Positions 1 to 15,217 of a DNA stretch of 64,000 nt are shown here, in pieces (the stretch's first letter is position 1; each line of letters starts with the position of its first letter). A program made the position numbers and the translations under genes. The notes beneath the pieces were generated by a model. That model worked only from the letters and a program-made list of their open reading frames with translations, did not search any database and had not been told where the DNA came from. The stretch comes from the human T2T-CHM13v2.0 reference genome, Homo sapiens, in NCBI RefSeq assembly GCF_009914755.1, contig NC_060933.1; one strand, 5' to 3'.

Positions 1-886
<886 letters not shown>

Positions 887-1053
887 TTAACTTTATAACT
901 GTATTTGCTGAGTGACTTTTAATATAATGTTAAATATAATGCATCAAATTATATATACAAATTATCAATTTCTATACCTACATAATAGCAATGTAATCAA
1001 CTTTTCAAAAAACATTCAAAACTGTTATTTTCCAGCAAAAGTAAAACTATTGA

Positions 1054-1654
<601 letters not shown>

Positions 1655-2499
1655 TAATTAGCTGCTAGATATTAATTCAAATACTGTCAATGTTTTCCTT
1701 TTTGGCACTTGAGATAATTATTGGTGAGCTGAATAATCTTAATTGAATTAAATAATAAAATATAAATGATTTTCATTCAATTCTCAAATCCTTATATTTG
1801 AGGGCCAAATATAAGCAAGCCACAAGGCACCCAATGGTAGCCCATAAGTATGTGAAGGTAACCAACTAAAATGACTTCAAGATCAGGCAACTAGAGAGAA
1901 AGTCTTCCAACCACAGCCATCTCTACGTTATAAATTTGTTGGATTGACCTTGAATATATTCTGTACATCTTCCATGAATCCATTATCAATGTTGCTAGTG
2001 TAATACACAAGAAAACCCAATGAGAGAAATTCAAATATTAAGAAACAAGCTTTTGTTGATTGAGCTTTAAATGGCCACACACCATTATAATATCTAAGAT
2101 GCTTGTGCTCCCCAATAACCAATTTTTGCCTCCAATGAGGATGCAAGTCCTAACTTCTATGCTCCCGAATTTATCATACTAGCACCTAAAAAACACAAAT
2201 TAAAAAATCAATTTAGCCAAGAAAACCTCCATCCCACAGCTACCATGGGAGCTTCTCTACCATTATCATTCATTCCTTGGGTACTTTTAAAGAAAAAGAT
2301 TTCCATATTATTAGCCCTTCTCCCAAAAGAAACTCCCTCTTCCCCAACCTCCCCCCCGACCCCTCTCCCCCATCTCAATAAAAACCCAGATCTTTAGAGC
2401 TGGAAGAACACTTAGGGCTAATCCAGCCCCTCCTTCTTCAGATAAGGGAACTGAAAGAGCCCTCTGAGGTTGACAGACTTGATCAATCAAGGTCAACAG

Positions 2500-3320
2500 T
2501 CATGGGAAGGACCTTGTCTGTCTTGTTCACTGTTGTACCTCCAGGCTAGTACAGGGCTTGGCACCTAGTCAGCTGTTTACACACATAAGTGATGAACAAA
2601 GAGAAGAACCAGGTTACCTAAAAACCTAACCTGGTACTTTTCCAACTATATCACTTTGTCCCTTTTAACTCCCCCAGAATATCAAATAATGGCCATTAAA
2701 AACTATCAATATCAAATAAAGACTATCAGACTCTTCTTAAATACGTGAAAAGCTTCCTAGCTGAAATAAGCTATTTGCGCACCCAGTAAAATTGAAGAGC
2801 AGGGTCTTATGAACTCGAGGTTAGAGTTCTTCAAGCCCATTTACGGTAAGGGACTTTCTACAAATAAATCAAGGGTATCCAGTCTACAACACACTACTTC
2901 TTACTTGCTTACATTTACTTGAGCTCCTTTTTAGAGTTCTTGTACCCAGGTCATATCTCCCTAATCAGACTGAGAACCATAAAGAGGCAAAACTATGCCT
3001 TCTCTAAGGCACCTACCAAGTTTGAGCCCAAAGTAAATGCTCAATAAACGCTTGCTCAGTTTATAGCAATGGAAGTGCTAAACTGTGAGGGACAAAAGTA
3101 AATTTGGCATGAACAAAGAATTCAATTTGTATTTTGCTCATCAACTAGGACTAGTACAGTACCTAGCATGTAACAGAAGCCTAATAGTTAATGAATGAAG
3201 AAAAATAAATGAATGATATGGCAAAAACTGAGTTGTTATTAAGCAACATCTTTTCTGCAGTCTTTCATTCATTCAACAAATATTTATTTACCAAGTATCT
3301 GTGTGCCAGGCTCTCTGCTA
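2500..3320. mobile_element. Several degraded L2 3'-end fragments
   Basis: L2 tail-like motifs (ttgtctgtcttgttcactgttg; gtaaatgctcaataaa; ttcattcattcaacaaatatttatt). Confidence 0.6.
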
Positions 3321-3427
3321 CTCTGAAACCTAACTTCCACCCAGAGTTTCACCCACAGAAACCTAACTTCCCTCCTCATCGGCTAATGCATCTCAACCGT
3401 TCATCTAGTAGGCAGTGAGCATAGCTG

Positions 3428-3545
3428 GGGTGACCATTTGTCAAAGTATCTCCGAAACAGTCCCAGTTTACACCTATTATCCCAGTGTTAATTAATAATA
3501 GCACCGCCTCAACAATGCCCTAATCTAGAGAATTACATAGTTCTA
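3428..3545 (+). mobile_element. MER94-like hAT MITE
   Basis: gggtgacc terminus followed by acagtcccagtttacacctattatcccagtgttaattaataatagcacc. Confidence 0.6.
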
Positions 3546-3979
3546 AGCACAGCAAATCTCCTACAAACAGATCGGGATTCAAATATTTCATTCTACAGTC
3601 TTGGGATCCTCAATGCAAGGGACAGGCTGTAAGCAAGGGTCTGGACAGCCCGGCTTGCCCTCTTGTGTCTCTGTCATGCAGAGGAGCTGTAGTTCAGTTT
3701 TTGTTTTTTGTTTATTTTACGGAGCACATTTAAAGTATAGTCTTCCTTGTCAGGAGATTCCTGGCACTAAAGAGATGGACGGGAAACTTAACCGCCTCCT
3801 CCAGATCGTCCACTATTGCATCATTTGAAACCAAAGCCTTCTAAAGGCAGCGACTCGCACAATTCAAGTCAGGTAAGATGGCAGGAACAGCAGCTGTGGG
3901 TGCTGGCTGCTGCTGGAGCCTCGGTCTCAACTTCAAGAGCAGGGAGAGCGCTGTCTCTGGAGTTGCCAGGTGCTGAAAT

Positions 3980-5480
3980 GAATAGTCAATAAATCAACAG
4001 GTCCGGCGCGCTAGCCCCTGGGTGCTCAGGCCCGGGCGCGCCACGACTGAAGGAGTGGCTAATTACTCAAACACAGTTGAAACCAAAGGAGGCCGGAGTC
4101 GGTTCTCAAAGTGGTTTCCCTCCGGCCACCACCGACTCTGAGGACCTGCTAGGGGAAGTGTCCCGGCCCCGTGGAGGGAGAGGGAAGCACCACAGCCTGG
4201 GCTGCGGCTCTAGCCCTCCAGCCCCAGCCCCTGGCAGCCCTGCCCTGCTGTCGCGGCAGGTACCCCTCTACTCATTGTTCCTCAGGCTGCCCCCTCTTTT
4301 CATCAATCGTAAGCCTTTCGGTTCTGCCACCAGGAAACTTCCATAGAAGGTGAGATTCCCAGGTCGAGGGATGATTCCACGAACACCCAGAGAGCCAGTG
4401 CCAGGACTTCAGGGTCAGACTTCGTAAAGCCCAGGCGTCGCTGGGCCGGCCCGGAACAGCTCAGAGCTGCGGGTCCTATGGTCCCGCGCCCTCACGCCCA
4501 TCCAAGTGCTGGCAGGACGTGGGTCCTCCATCCCCACGACTCGCGGGGCCGGCGCTCCGAACCTCGGCACTGCGTCCGCTCCGCGCGCCGCAGGGACCCT
4601 CCTAGCTCCAGCGGGGACAGACCTACCAAGGCCGGGCGCCCCCACCCGGCGCCCGCCAGCCCACCCCAGAGAGGGGACCAAGGGGGCGGGGCCTCGGCCG
4701 TCCTAGCCGGGCTCACTCTTCTCTCCCGGACTCCTGTCCAGGGCTTCAGGGGCCGGGCCCGCAATCCCCATCGGATCGTACCTCGTCCGCTTCCAGCTCC
4801 GCTCGGCTGCCTAAGAGCGCCATATTCCTCCTCTGGCTGCTGCCACCCAAAAACCAAGCAGGGAACTCAGAGCCGACTCCTGCTCTCGGCTCTGGGCTCA
4901 GCCCAGCGCAAAGGAGGGCAAAAGGGGACGGCCCGGCGCTCCCTCCGGGTCTCGGGCGGGGCCTGAGTGCAGCTACTCGATTTCCCCGCCCCCGGAGCCG
5001 GCAGGCCAGCACAGCATCCATTTCCTCCCCGGACGCCGCGCCGCTGGCCGGGCCACTTGCCCGGCCCCCAGCGGGCGGCAGCCCCGCCCAAGTGGGTGGA
5101 GTCACCTCCCAGATAAAGTTTCCCGGTCTGGCACGCCCTCTGGGAGGGTTTCCTAAGCTTTCCTGCCGCCTGTTCTCTGCGGTGGCTGGGCACACCTGGA
5201 AAGAAGCTAGAGAGCGCGGGCATGACGAAGCCAAGGTCAAAGCAGCGCCCCACCTGGGGTCCGTGGAAGCATCCACCTGGTCTTTGGTCCGGTGCCAGTC
5301 CTTTTCCCTCGCCAGGTGGCCACCGCATCTCGCAGATGGTGTGGCCTGAGGGCAGCCTTGGGTCACGGTCACTGGTCCCCGAGAGGCCTCTGACACACCA
5401 CCCACCTGGACTGTAGGTGGAAGGACTCTGCTTGCTTCTGTGTTCAAAAAATAGAAAAAAACGCGGGACAGAGATTTATA
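3980..5480. promoter_or_regulatory. TTC39B: CpG island / promoter of TTC39B with GC boxes
   Basis: Sharp rise in GC and CpG density relative to flanks; Sp/KLF GC boxes ccccgccc at ~4984 and ~5082; spans exon 1. Confidence 0.88.
4782..5021 (-). CDS. TTC39B: TTC39B (tetratricopeptide repeat domain 39B) first coding exon, 80 codons; second in-frame ATG at 4823
   Basis: Translation MDAVLACRLRGRGNRVAALRPRPRPGGSAGPSPFALLCAGLSPEPRAGVGSEFPAWFLGGSSQRRNMALLGSRAELEADE matches my recollection of the TTC39B N-terminus. ATG at 5021 (gaggaaATGG). Ends at phase-0 donor GAG|GTACGA (plus strand tcgtac|ctc, 4776-4784). Lies in a CpG island. Confidence 0.93.
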
Positions 5481-5509
5481 CATATTGGAACTCCTCTACT
5501 TCCCCCTAC

Positions 5510-6620
5510 CCGGACAGTGTATTCTCCCCATAGCATCCTGTATTTTGTAACTCCAAACATAGGTGTATAATTCGTGCTTGAACTATAAACTCCATGGGGG
5601 TAGGATGCTATCTGTCCTCTTCAAGACTGTATCCCCAACACCCAGAACAGTGTCTTGCACATCGTAGGTGCTCAACAGATATTTGTTGGCTGAGTTTAGA
5701 AACTGAACCTTGCTTCTGACATGTAAAATAACTGGAAAATTAAAAGCTAGATCTTTAAGAGTTTGGGGGAGAGAGGTCAGATTTACTTTACATACAGAAA
5801 AATGCACCAAGTTAAATGTGTGATTCAGTGACAAGTGTTTACAAAGCATCCCAGTCATAATATAGAACATCCTGAAAAGTTTTCTGTGACCCTTTGCTGT
5901 CAATTTCCTACCTCCGCTCCCTAGCCTCTGTCAATCACTGATCTGCTATCAACATCGATTTGCCTTCTCTAGAATTTCATATAAATTTAATTAGAGCATG
6001 TGGTCTTCCATGTCTGGCTCATGAAAGGCTATTTAATAGTCATCCAGTGATAACTGTAAAAACAGCTAATAGTTCTTGAGTCCTTACTATGTGCCAGGAC
6101 TCTACTGAACCTCTTGCATATAGTATTTCATTTATTCTTCATAACCCCATAAAGTAGGGTGCTGTTCTCTTTCAGATGAGTAAACTGAGGCTCAGAGAGT
6201 TCAAGTAATATGCCTGAGGCCAGACAGCAGTTAAGTAAGTAGGGATGCCAGCATCTGAACCCCAGCAGTCTAACTCTAGGGCCTAGCTGATAACCATTGC
6301 TTTGTACTGTACTGGCTCTAGCCACCCTCCCTCTCTTTCTTTCTGTGTCAGTAGAGCAGTTGTCTGTGCAAGTCCATTACATACATTTTCAGTGAGTCAC
6401 TTTGCATCCTTAATACTTGCTGTACAATTTTAATGGCTTGGCATGTACTTTTGTACTAGAATAATAAAATGGTTTCTACAGCAGAAACATTGAAAAAATG
6501 GGTTAGATCGTGTGATGGTTGCTCAACTCTCTGAATTGTCTAAAAATCCTTGAATTGTGTACTTACAATAGGTGGAACTTATGATTATGTAAATTATATC
6601 TTAGTAAAGCTGTTTTAAAA
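5510..6620. mobile_element. L2 (5510-5700), old L1M (5760-6020, minus), MIR (6050-6310) and L1M 3' end (6490-6620) fragments
   Basis: L2 tail gtaggtgctcaacagatatttgttgg; MIR core cagatgagtaaactgaggctcagagag; L1M 3'UTR-like text. Confidence 0.65.
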
Positions 6621-6635
6621 AAACTAGCTGACACA

Positions 6636-7262
<627 letters not shown>

Positions 7263-8289
7263 TTAGAATCAGATGGACCAGAAGAGACATAGAGTTTGTT
7301 TAATTCCAATACCCTTGAAAGTTTCCATTCCTTCCCAGACCCCCCAACCTACTCCTACCTCCTCCTATGTTTCACTTTCTGAGGCTAGAATTCCTATCCA
7401 GGTCCAGATTCTACTCTGTATTACTCATGCATGGTTCTGTTTTTCAAAGTTCATTGGTTCCTGAATTGATAGCACATCCTTTTGACATGAAGCCATCTCA
7501 CTGGTAGCTTCTTCTCCCATATGCTGTTATTCTGCCTTTGGAATTTCAACTCTTCAAATTTTGAAGAGATCCAAACAAACTTCGCTCTAATTAGTGACAG
7601 AATTATGTTATAATGAAAATCGAGTACACTTTTTCAAAAATCTATACTTATAATTGAAGCTTGATTGGTGTTTTTGTTGTTGAATTTTTTACATATCAGG
7701 GATCAAACCTGAAGTCTCGTATGTTTTAAATTCACGGCAGGAGATAAGCAACATTCATGTTTCAATTATAAACACTGAATGAATAAATGTATTCTAGCCA
7801 CTGGAACGTCTAATCAAATTTGCTTTGCTCAGGGCAGCTGTCAGCTTTGCCTATACAAGAGTGATTTTATCGTGAATCACAAATATAAAAGTTTTTCTTC
7901 AAAGAACAATTAGAATGGATTTGTTTTTACACAGAATTCCCCTTGCAAGTTTGCTGATAATGTTATACTCTAGCAGTCAAGTGAGATTACTCAGATATTC
8001 CATATCCCAGAAGTAATTAGCATAGAGATCAAGCAAGAGGGTATCTGAATCATTTCATTTTGAAGCCACACCTACTGGGAGCTGTTTGTGTTTCAAAATA
8101 AATCTAATATTGTAAACAATCTAATCTTCAGTATTCCTGAACATGTTACCTTTAGCTGATAGTTTTTTGCTGGTACTTGATTTAAGTGAAAATTGAATCT
8201 TCATGATTTGTGTGGTAGGAGAAGCTCAAATCCATGAAATAAGTGCTCATTGTAAATCATGTGTTTGTCAGTGACTTTGTCTCACATTC

Positions 8290-8580
8290 GTGTCTTAGCT
8301 CTTCAAGGAAGACGTCCCCTTCTAAAGCAGTCCCTCCCTCTCAGTCACACTCTACCACATCCTCCTGCTGTATGTATAGCACTGTTCACTACCTGGAACT
8401 TTCTTGTTCACTTGTTTACTGGTTTATGAGTATGTCCTTCAACAATGGCACCTCACACACACTATAATACAAGCTCCATGAGGGAAGGAACTTTGTGTTT
8501 TGTGTCTACAGCAAAAACCCGAATGCCCAACACATAATGACTACTTAATAAATGGCTATTGAGTGAATGAATGAAAGTAT
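8290..8580 (+). mobile_element. L2 3' end
   Basis: aagctccatgagggaaggaactttgt...aataaatggctattgagtgaatgaatgaa. Confidence 0.65.
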
Positions 8581-8968
8581 AAAAAGTTCATAGTACATTA
8601 AGCATTATTGTTTAGACCTAGCAGCCAATGTTTTAGCATAATCCAGTAATAATGAGGGAGATTTAAAGAATGCAAATCACGTGTAGTCTAAAATGTAAAT
8701 TGTTTCCTAGGGTAATGTAACAGGCATGAAGATTATCTTTAATGCCTACTCAGTTTTTCAAAGTTACATAAGAGCTAAGCACTTAGAGGTCCCTCAGTGA
8801 CCTAAGAAGAATAATTCACCTCCCTGGGAGAGGTTGCGATGCTAAGGGGAAAAACCTCATCATTTAGTGGAAGCTGAAATCTTCCCTTCAGAATATCCTT
8901 TTTCCAGGCACTTGGGGCTGGGTAAACATTTATTTTGCCCCACCTATTAGTTGTTTGTTAACTTTTTT

Positions 8969-9073
8969 GATATATATATATATATATACATACACACACA
9001 CACACACATATATATATACACGCACACACATATATATACACACACATCAAAATATATATTATATATATATATA
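8969..9073. repeat. Compound (TA)n/(CA)n microsatellite
   Basis: Directly visible. Confidence 0.95.
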
Positions 9074-9235
9074 ATCTTTCCAATTGCCTTCCTGTTGATT
9101 TTCATATCTCTTTAAATTTGATTAATATCGTTTTTTCAGACAAAGAAAGTAAAACCCAAAGAAGAGAGCAACAACATGAAGAGTAACTTTGGCTATATGC
9201 AATCTCAGGGCAGAGTGTCAAAGATTTAAAAACCA

Positions 9236-9470
9236 GACCAAGCAGGCATGGAGGTACACCAGTAGTCCCAGCTACTCTGGAGGCTAAGGCATGAGGAGGA
9301 TAACTTGAGTCTAAGAGTTTGAGTCCAGCCTGGGCAACATATCAAGACCCTCATCTGAAAGGAAGAAAGAAAGAGAGAAGGGGAGGAAGAAAGAGAGAAA
9401 GAGAGAGGAGATAGAGAAAAGAAAGAAGAGAGAAAGAGAGAGACAGAAACAAAAGAAAAGCAATATCAAT
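9236..9470 (+). mobile_element. FLAM/Alu monomer with GA-rich tail
   Basis: Monomeric Alu then (GAAA/GA)n. Confidence 0.8.
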
Positions 9471-9489
9471 AAAAATAAACAGGTAATTG

Positions 9490-9690
9490 GCAGCTTGTTG
9501 CCACCTGCTGTTCATTCTCCCATAGCTCCATCCATAGGAGCAACTGCCTAGCTGAAAGACTACATTTCTCAGGACTCCTTTGCAATTAGGAATGGCCAGT
9601 GTAACTAAATTCTGGCCAATGAAATTCATTTGACATCCGGGAAGGCTATTTGAAGGAAAATGACTCAACTAGGGCATGGGCCCTTTTGCC
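9490..9690. mobile_element. Old ERVL LTR fragment (LTR16/LTR33-like)
   Basis: gactacatttctcagg...ggccagtgtaactaaattctggccaatga motif. Confidence 0.55.
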
Positions 9691-10230
9691 ATTATTCCAG
9701 TGAACATATGAATAATAAGAAAGCAAAACAGCCTTATTGCTGATATTAAGAAAGTTGCAGTAGTCTGATCTAACCAGCCACAACATTCTCTTAACCCAAA
9801 GCCTAATCCAGAGCAAAGCTTTAACTCTTCAATTCCATGAAGGCTGAGAGAGGTGAGAAGGCTGTAGAAGAAAAGTTGCAAGCTAGCAGAGATTGGTTCA
9901 TGATGTTTAAGGAAAGAAGCCATCTCCAAAACATAAAAGTACAAGGTGAGGCAGTGAGTATTGATGAAGAAGCTGCAGCAAGTTATCCAAAAGATCTAGC
10001 TCAGATCATTGATGAAGTTGGCTACACTAAACAAAAGATTTTCAATGTAGACAAAACAGCCTTCTATTGGAAGAAGATGCCACATAGAATTTTTGTGGCT
10101 ACAGAGGAGAAGTCAAGGCCTGACTTCAAAGCTTCAAAGAATAGGCTGACTCTCTCATTAGAGACTAATGCAACTGATGACTTTAAATTGAAGCCAATGC
10201 TCATTTACCATTCAAAAAATACCAAGTCCC

Positions 10231-10662
<432 letters not shown>

Positions 10663-11164
10663 TCAGAAAAAAGATTCATTTCAAAATATTGCTCATTGAC
10701 AATGCAGCTAGTTACCCAAGAATTCTGATGGAAATGTACAAGGAAATTAATGTTGTTTTCATGCCCACTAGCAAAAAATCCATTCTGCAGTCCATGAATC
10801 AAGGTGTAATTTTGACTTTCAAGACTTAGTATTTAAGAAATACTTATTTCCTAAGGCTATAGGTTCCATAGATAGTGATTCCTCTGATGGATCTGGTAAA
10901 GGTATATTGAGAACCCATAAAGGATTCACTATCCTAGATGCCATTAAGAACATTTGTAATTCATGGGAGGAGGTCAAAATATCAACATTAACAGGAGTTT
11001 AGAAGAAGTTGACTCCAGTCCTCATGGATGACTTTGAGGGGTTCAAGATTTCAGTGGAGGAAGTCACTGCAGATGTGGAAGAAATAGCAAGAGAAGTAGA
11101 ATCAGAAGTGGAACCTGAAGATGTGACTAAATTGCTACACTCTCATGATGAAAATTGAATGGAT

Positions 11165-11895
11165 AAGGTGGTGGTTTTTTTGGTTGGTTTTGTTTTGTTT
11201 TGTTTTGTTTTGTTTTGTTTTGTTTTAGAGATAGGGTCTCACTCTGTCACCTAGGCTGGAGTACAGCAGCATAATCATAGCTCACTACAGGCTCAGACTC
11301 CTGGGCTCTAACAATCCTCCCACCTCAACTTCCCAAGTAGCTAGGACAACCAGCAAGCACCACCACCACACCCAACTGATTTTTTTCCTGTAGAGATGAG
11401 ATCTCACTATGTTGCCCAGACCAGTCTTAAACTCCTGGCTTTAAGCAATTCTCCTCTGTTTTAGTCCGTTTTCACACTGCTGTAATGACATGCCGGAGAC
11501 TAGGTAATTTGTAAAGGAAAGAGGTTTGACTCACAGTTCCACATGGTTGGGAAGGCCTCAGGAAACTTACAATCATGGCAGAAGGGGAAGCAAGCACATC
11601 TTACATGGCAGCAGGCAAGAGAGTGAGCGTGTGTAGGAAGAGGAATAGTCAAACACTTACAAAACCATCAGATCTTGTGAGAACTCACTCACTGTCACAA
11701 GAATAGCATGGGGAAACCTCCCTCATGATACAGTCATGTCCCAACAGGTCCCTCCCTCAACATGTGGGGATTGTGGGGATTTTGGGGATTACAATTTGAG
11801 ATGAGATTTGGGTGGGGACACAGAGCCAAACCACGTCATCCTTCCTCAGCCACCCAAAGCACTGGGATTACAGGTGTCAGCCACCATGCCTAACC
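11165..11895 (-). mobile_element. AluJ inside Tigger1, split by an LTR
   Basis: (GTTTT)n tail; Alu text resumes at 11839. Confidence 0.88.
11457..11838 (-). mobile_element. MaLR solo LTR (MSTA/THE1-type) inserted in the AluJ
   Basis: TG...CA ends; 5-bp TSD tcctc/tcctt; ttgggtggggacacagagccaaacca end. Confidence 0.9.
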
Positions 11896-12140
11896 TGGAA
11901 TTGTTTCTTATGGATGAGCAAAGACAGGGTTTTCTTGAGATGAATGTACTCCTGGTGAAGATGCTATGAACATTGTTGAAATGACATCAGCTAATTTAGA
12001 ATATTACATCAACTTACTTGATAAAGCAACAGGGTTTAGGAGGATTGACTGCCATTTTGAAAGAAGTTCCACTGTGGGTAAAATGCTATCAAACAGCATG
12101 GTATGCTACAGAGAAATCTTTCTTAAAGCGTTAACTGATA

Positions 12141-12443
<303 letters not shown>

Positions 12444-13199
12444 AGTTAACTGGTATAGCAGATTTCATTGTTGTCTTATTTGACTAAGTTGCTGTGGCTT
12501 CCCCAGCCTTCAGCAATGACCAACCTGACTAGTCAGCAGCCATCAACAACAGGGAAACCTCTTCCACCAGCAAAAAGATTACAAGTCACTGAAGGCTCAG
12601 ATGGTTGTTAGCATTGTTTAACAATAAAGTATTTTTTAATGAAAGTACATACATTTTTAAGACATAATGCTATTGCATATTTAGTAGACTACAGTGTAGT
12701 ATAAAGTTATCTTCTATGTGCGCTGGTTAATCAACAATTTTGTGGGACTTACTTTATTGAAATATGTACTTTATTACAGTGGTCTGGAACCAAACCTGTG
12801 ATATCTCCAAGGCATGCCTTTATGTACCGCCTCTGTCCTGAGGAGACCTCCCCAGGTCTCTGATTCTGTTGTGCCTTTTATTCTGGCATCTTTCTTCTCA
12901 TATTGCTAGGATCTTTTATTGTCCCACAAATCCAAATATTCTCTACTTTTTGGAGGATACTAGCATCTTTTAAAAATGATATTCTCATTGTATTTCCTGC
13001 ATAGTTTAATAAACCAGTAATTATTTTGACCATCTTCAGCAATTCTACTCTCACTGCCTCTTTTAGGCCTAGCATTTACACTTCTGATTGGGCACTTTGG
13101 GTTTATATTAAGCAGCTCCTAAATTCACCTACCTATAGAAGGAGTCACAGATACAAACCTTTGTAAGAGTTACTCATAGTAACATTTATATTCTAAAAT

Positions 13200-13910
<711 letters not shown>

Positions 13911-14022
13911 ATCATGGCAAGCAATTTGCACCCTTTCAAGCATAAGCAGCCTACCTGGCTTCCAGATGTAGCCCATCAACTACGAGTTCAGGAGGAAAGA
14001 CTAGAAAAGTACTTTTGTGTTG

Positions 14023-14385
14023 TGCTATGGTTTGAATGTTTGTGTCCCCCTAAAATTCATGTTGGAACCTAATGCTCGATGTGAAAGGATTAAGAAGTGG
14101 GGCCTTTGGGGAAATGATTAAGTCATAAGTCATGAAGTCTCCATTTTTATGAATGGGAGTAGTGCTCTTATAAAAGAGGTTGAAGGGAGCTGCCTTGCCC
14201 CTTCTACCATTTGAGGACACAAACCATCTCTAAAGCAGACGGTGGGCCTTTACCAGACACTGAATCTGTTAGCACTTTCACCTTGGCCTTCCCAGCTTCC
14301 AGAACTGTGAGAAATAAATTTCAATTATTTATAAATTAGCTAGTCTATTTTATTTTGTTATAGCAGCCTTCACGGACTGAGACAT
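14023..14385 (+). mobile_element. MaLR solo LTR (MSTD/MLT1A-type)
   Basis: tgctatggtttgaatgtttgtgtcccc start; ccagaactgtgagaaataaa; ggactgagaca end. Confidence 0.85.
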
Positions 14386-14466
14386 GTTGCTACTTAGCAC
14401 ATGTGGTCTAACCTAAATGAAAAGCTGTAACAATTTTTCCCTTGGTATTTTTCCTTCAATAAGGAA

Positions 14467-14752
14467 AAAAATCTAAGCACTGATCTTAGGAGCAGTTTAG
14501 GGATGGTCAGAATCTTGTAGCCTCCAGCTGCAGGACTCCTAAACCATAATTTCTAATCTTGTGGCTAATGTTAATCCTACAAAAGCAACCTAGTCCCCAG
14601 ACAAGAAGGAGGTCGGTTTTGGGAAACGGCTTTCGTCATCTTTGTTTTAAACTATAAATTAAGTTTCTCCCAAAGTTAGTTCAACCTAAATCCCAAAGTG
14701 CTGGGATTACAGGCATGGGCCACTGTGCCTGGTTAAAGTGAAACAATTTATG
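14467..14752. repeat. Local duplicated segment: LTR8 piece plus Alu head plus flank
   Basis: Matches ~15837-16066 followed by 16512-16574. Confidence 0.88.
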
Positions 14753-15217
14753 TGACTTTTTTTCATGTGACTCAATAAAACCACTTTATTTTCATAAAAT
14801 TTTATTTTGTCTGATTGACTGATAAATATACGTAAAGCTTGGTTCTCACTGCTCCAAGCCACAGCCTGACTCCACACAGATAACAGACCATCAGTAATAA
14901 AGCCGCATCTCCTAGTCCTTGAGACCTGGGTTTCTGACCTTGAACAGTTTACTTCCATTCTTTTCGTGCCCTGTGTGTGTGTGTGTAATACAGAATGAGG
15001 GGTTAACATATATAACCTTCCATATCTTAAAGACTATGGTTCTGGGATTCTAGAGATTAGACTGAAGGAAGACCTTCTTGATCCACAATTATAATGGAAA
15101 CTGGGATGTGGTGACTGGAATTAGCCAAGAAGATGATTTAACACATTCCTAAAATGACAGATATCTTAAGTAATTTCCCCCAAATGTCATGCTAGCTACT
15201 GTGTTGGGAAGAGAAGT

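Noticed and set aside
3868-3878. Strong plus-strand splice donor CAG|GTAAGA suggesting an antisense exon
   Set aside because: A single motif with no supporting acceptor or promoter; common by chance
5306-5345. CTCF-like cores (cgccaggtggcc, cgcagatggtg)
   Set aside because: Mismatches at informative positions; cannot be supported without PWM scoring or ChIP data
4077-5416. Many overlapping ORFs on both strands in the CpG island
   Set aside because: Stop-codon-poor GC-rich sequence; Pro/Arg/Gly-biased peptides with no recognisable homology
5022-5483. TTC39B reading frame stays open 154 codons upstream to an ATG at 5483, with TATAAA beside it
   Set aside because: Long open frames are expected in GC-rich islands, this ATG is probably upstream of the transcription starts, and the peptide has no recognisable features
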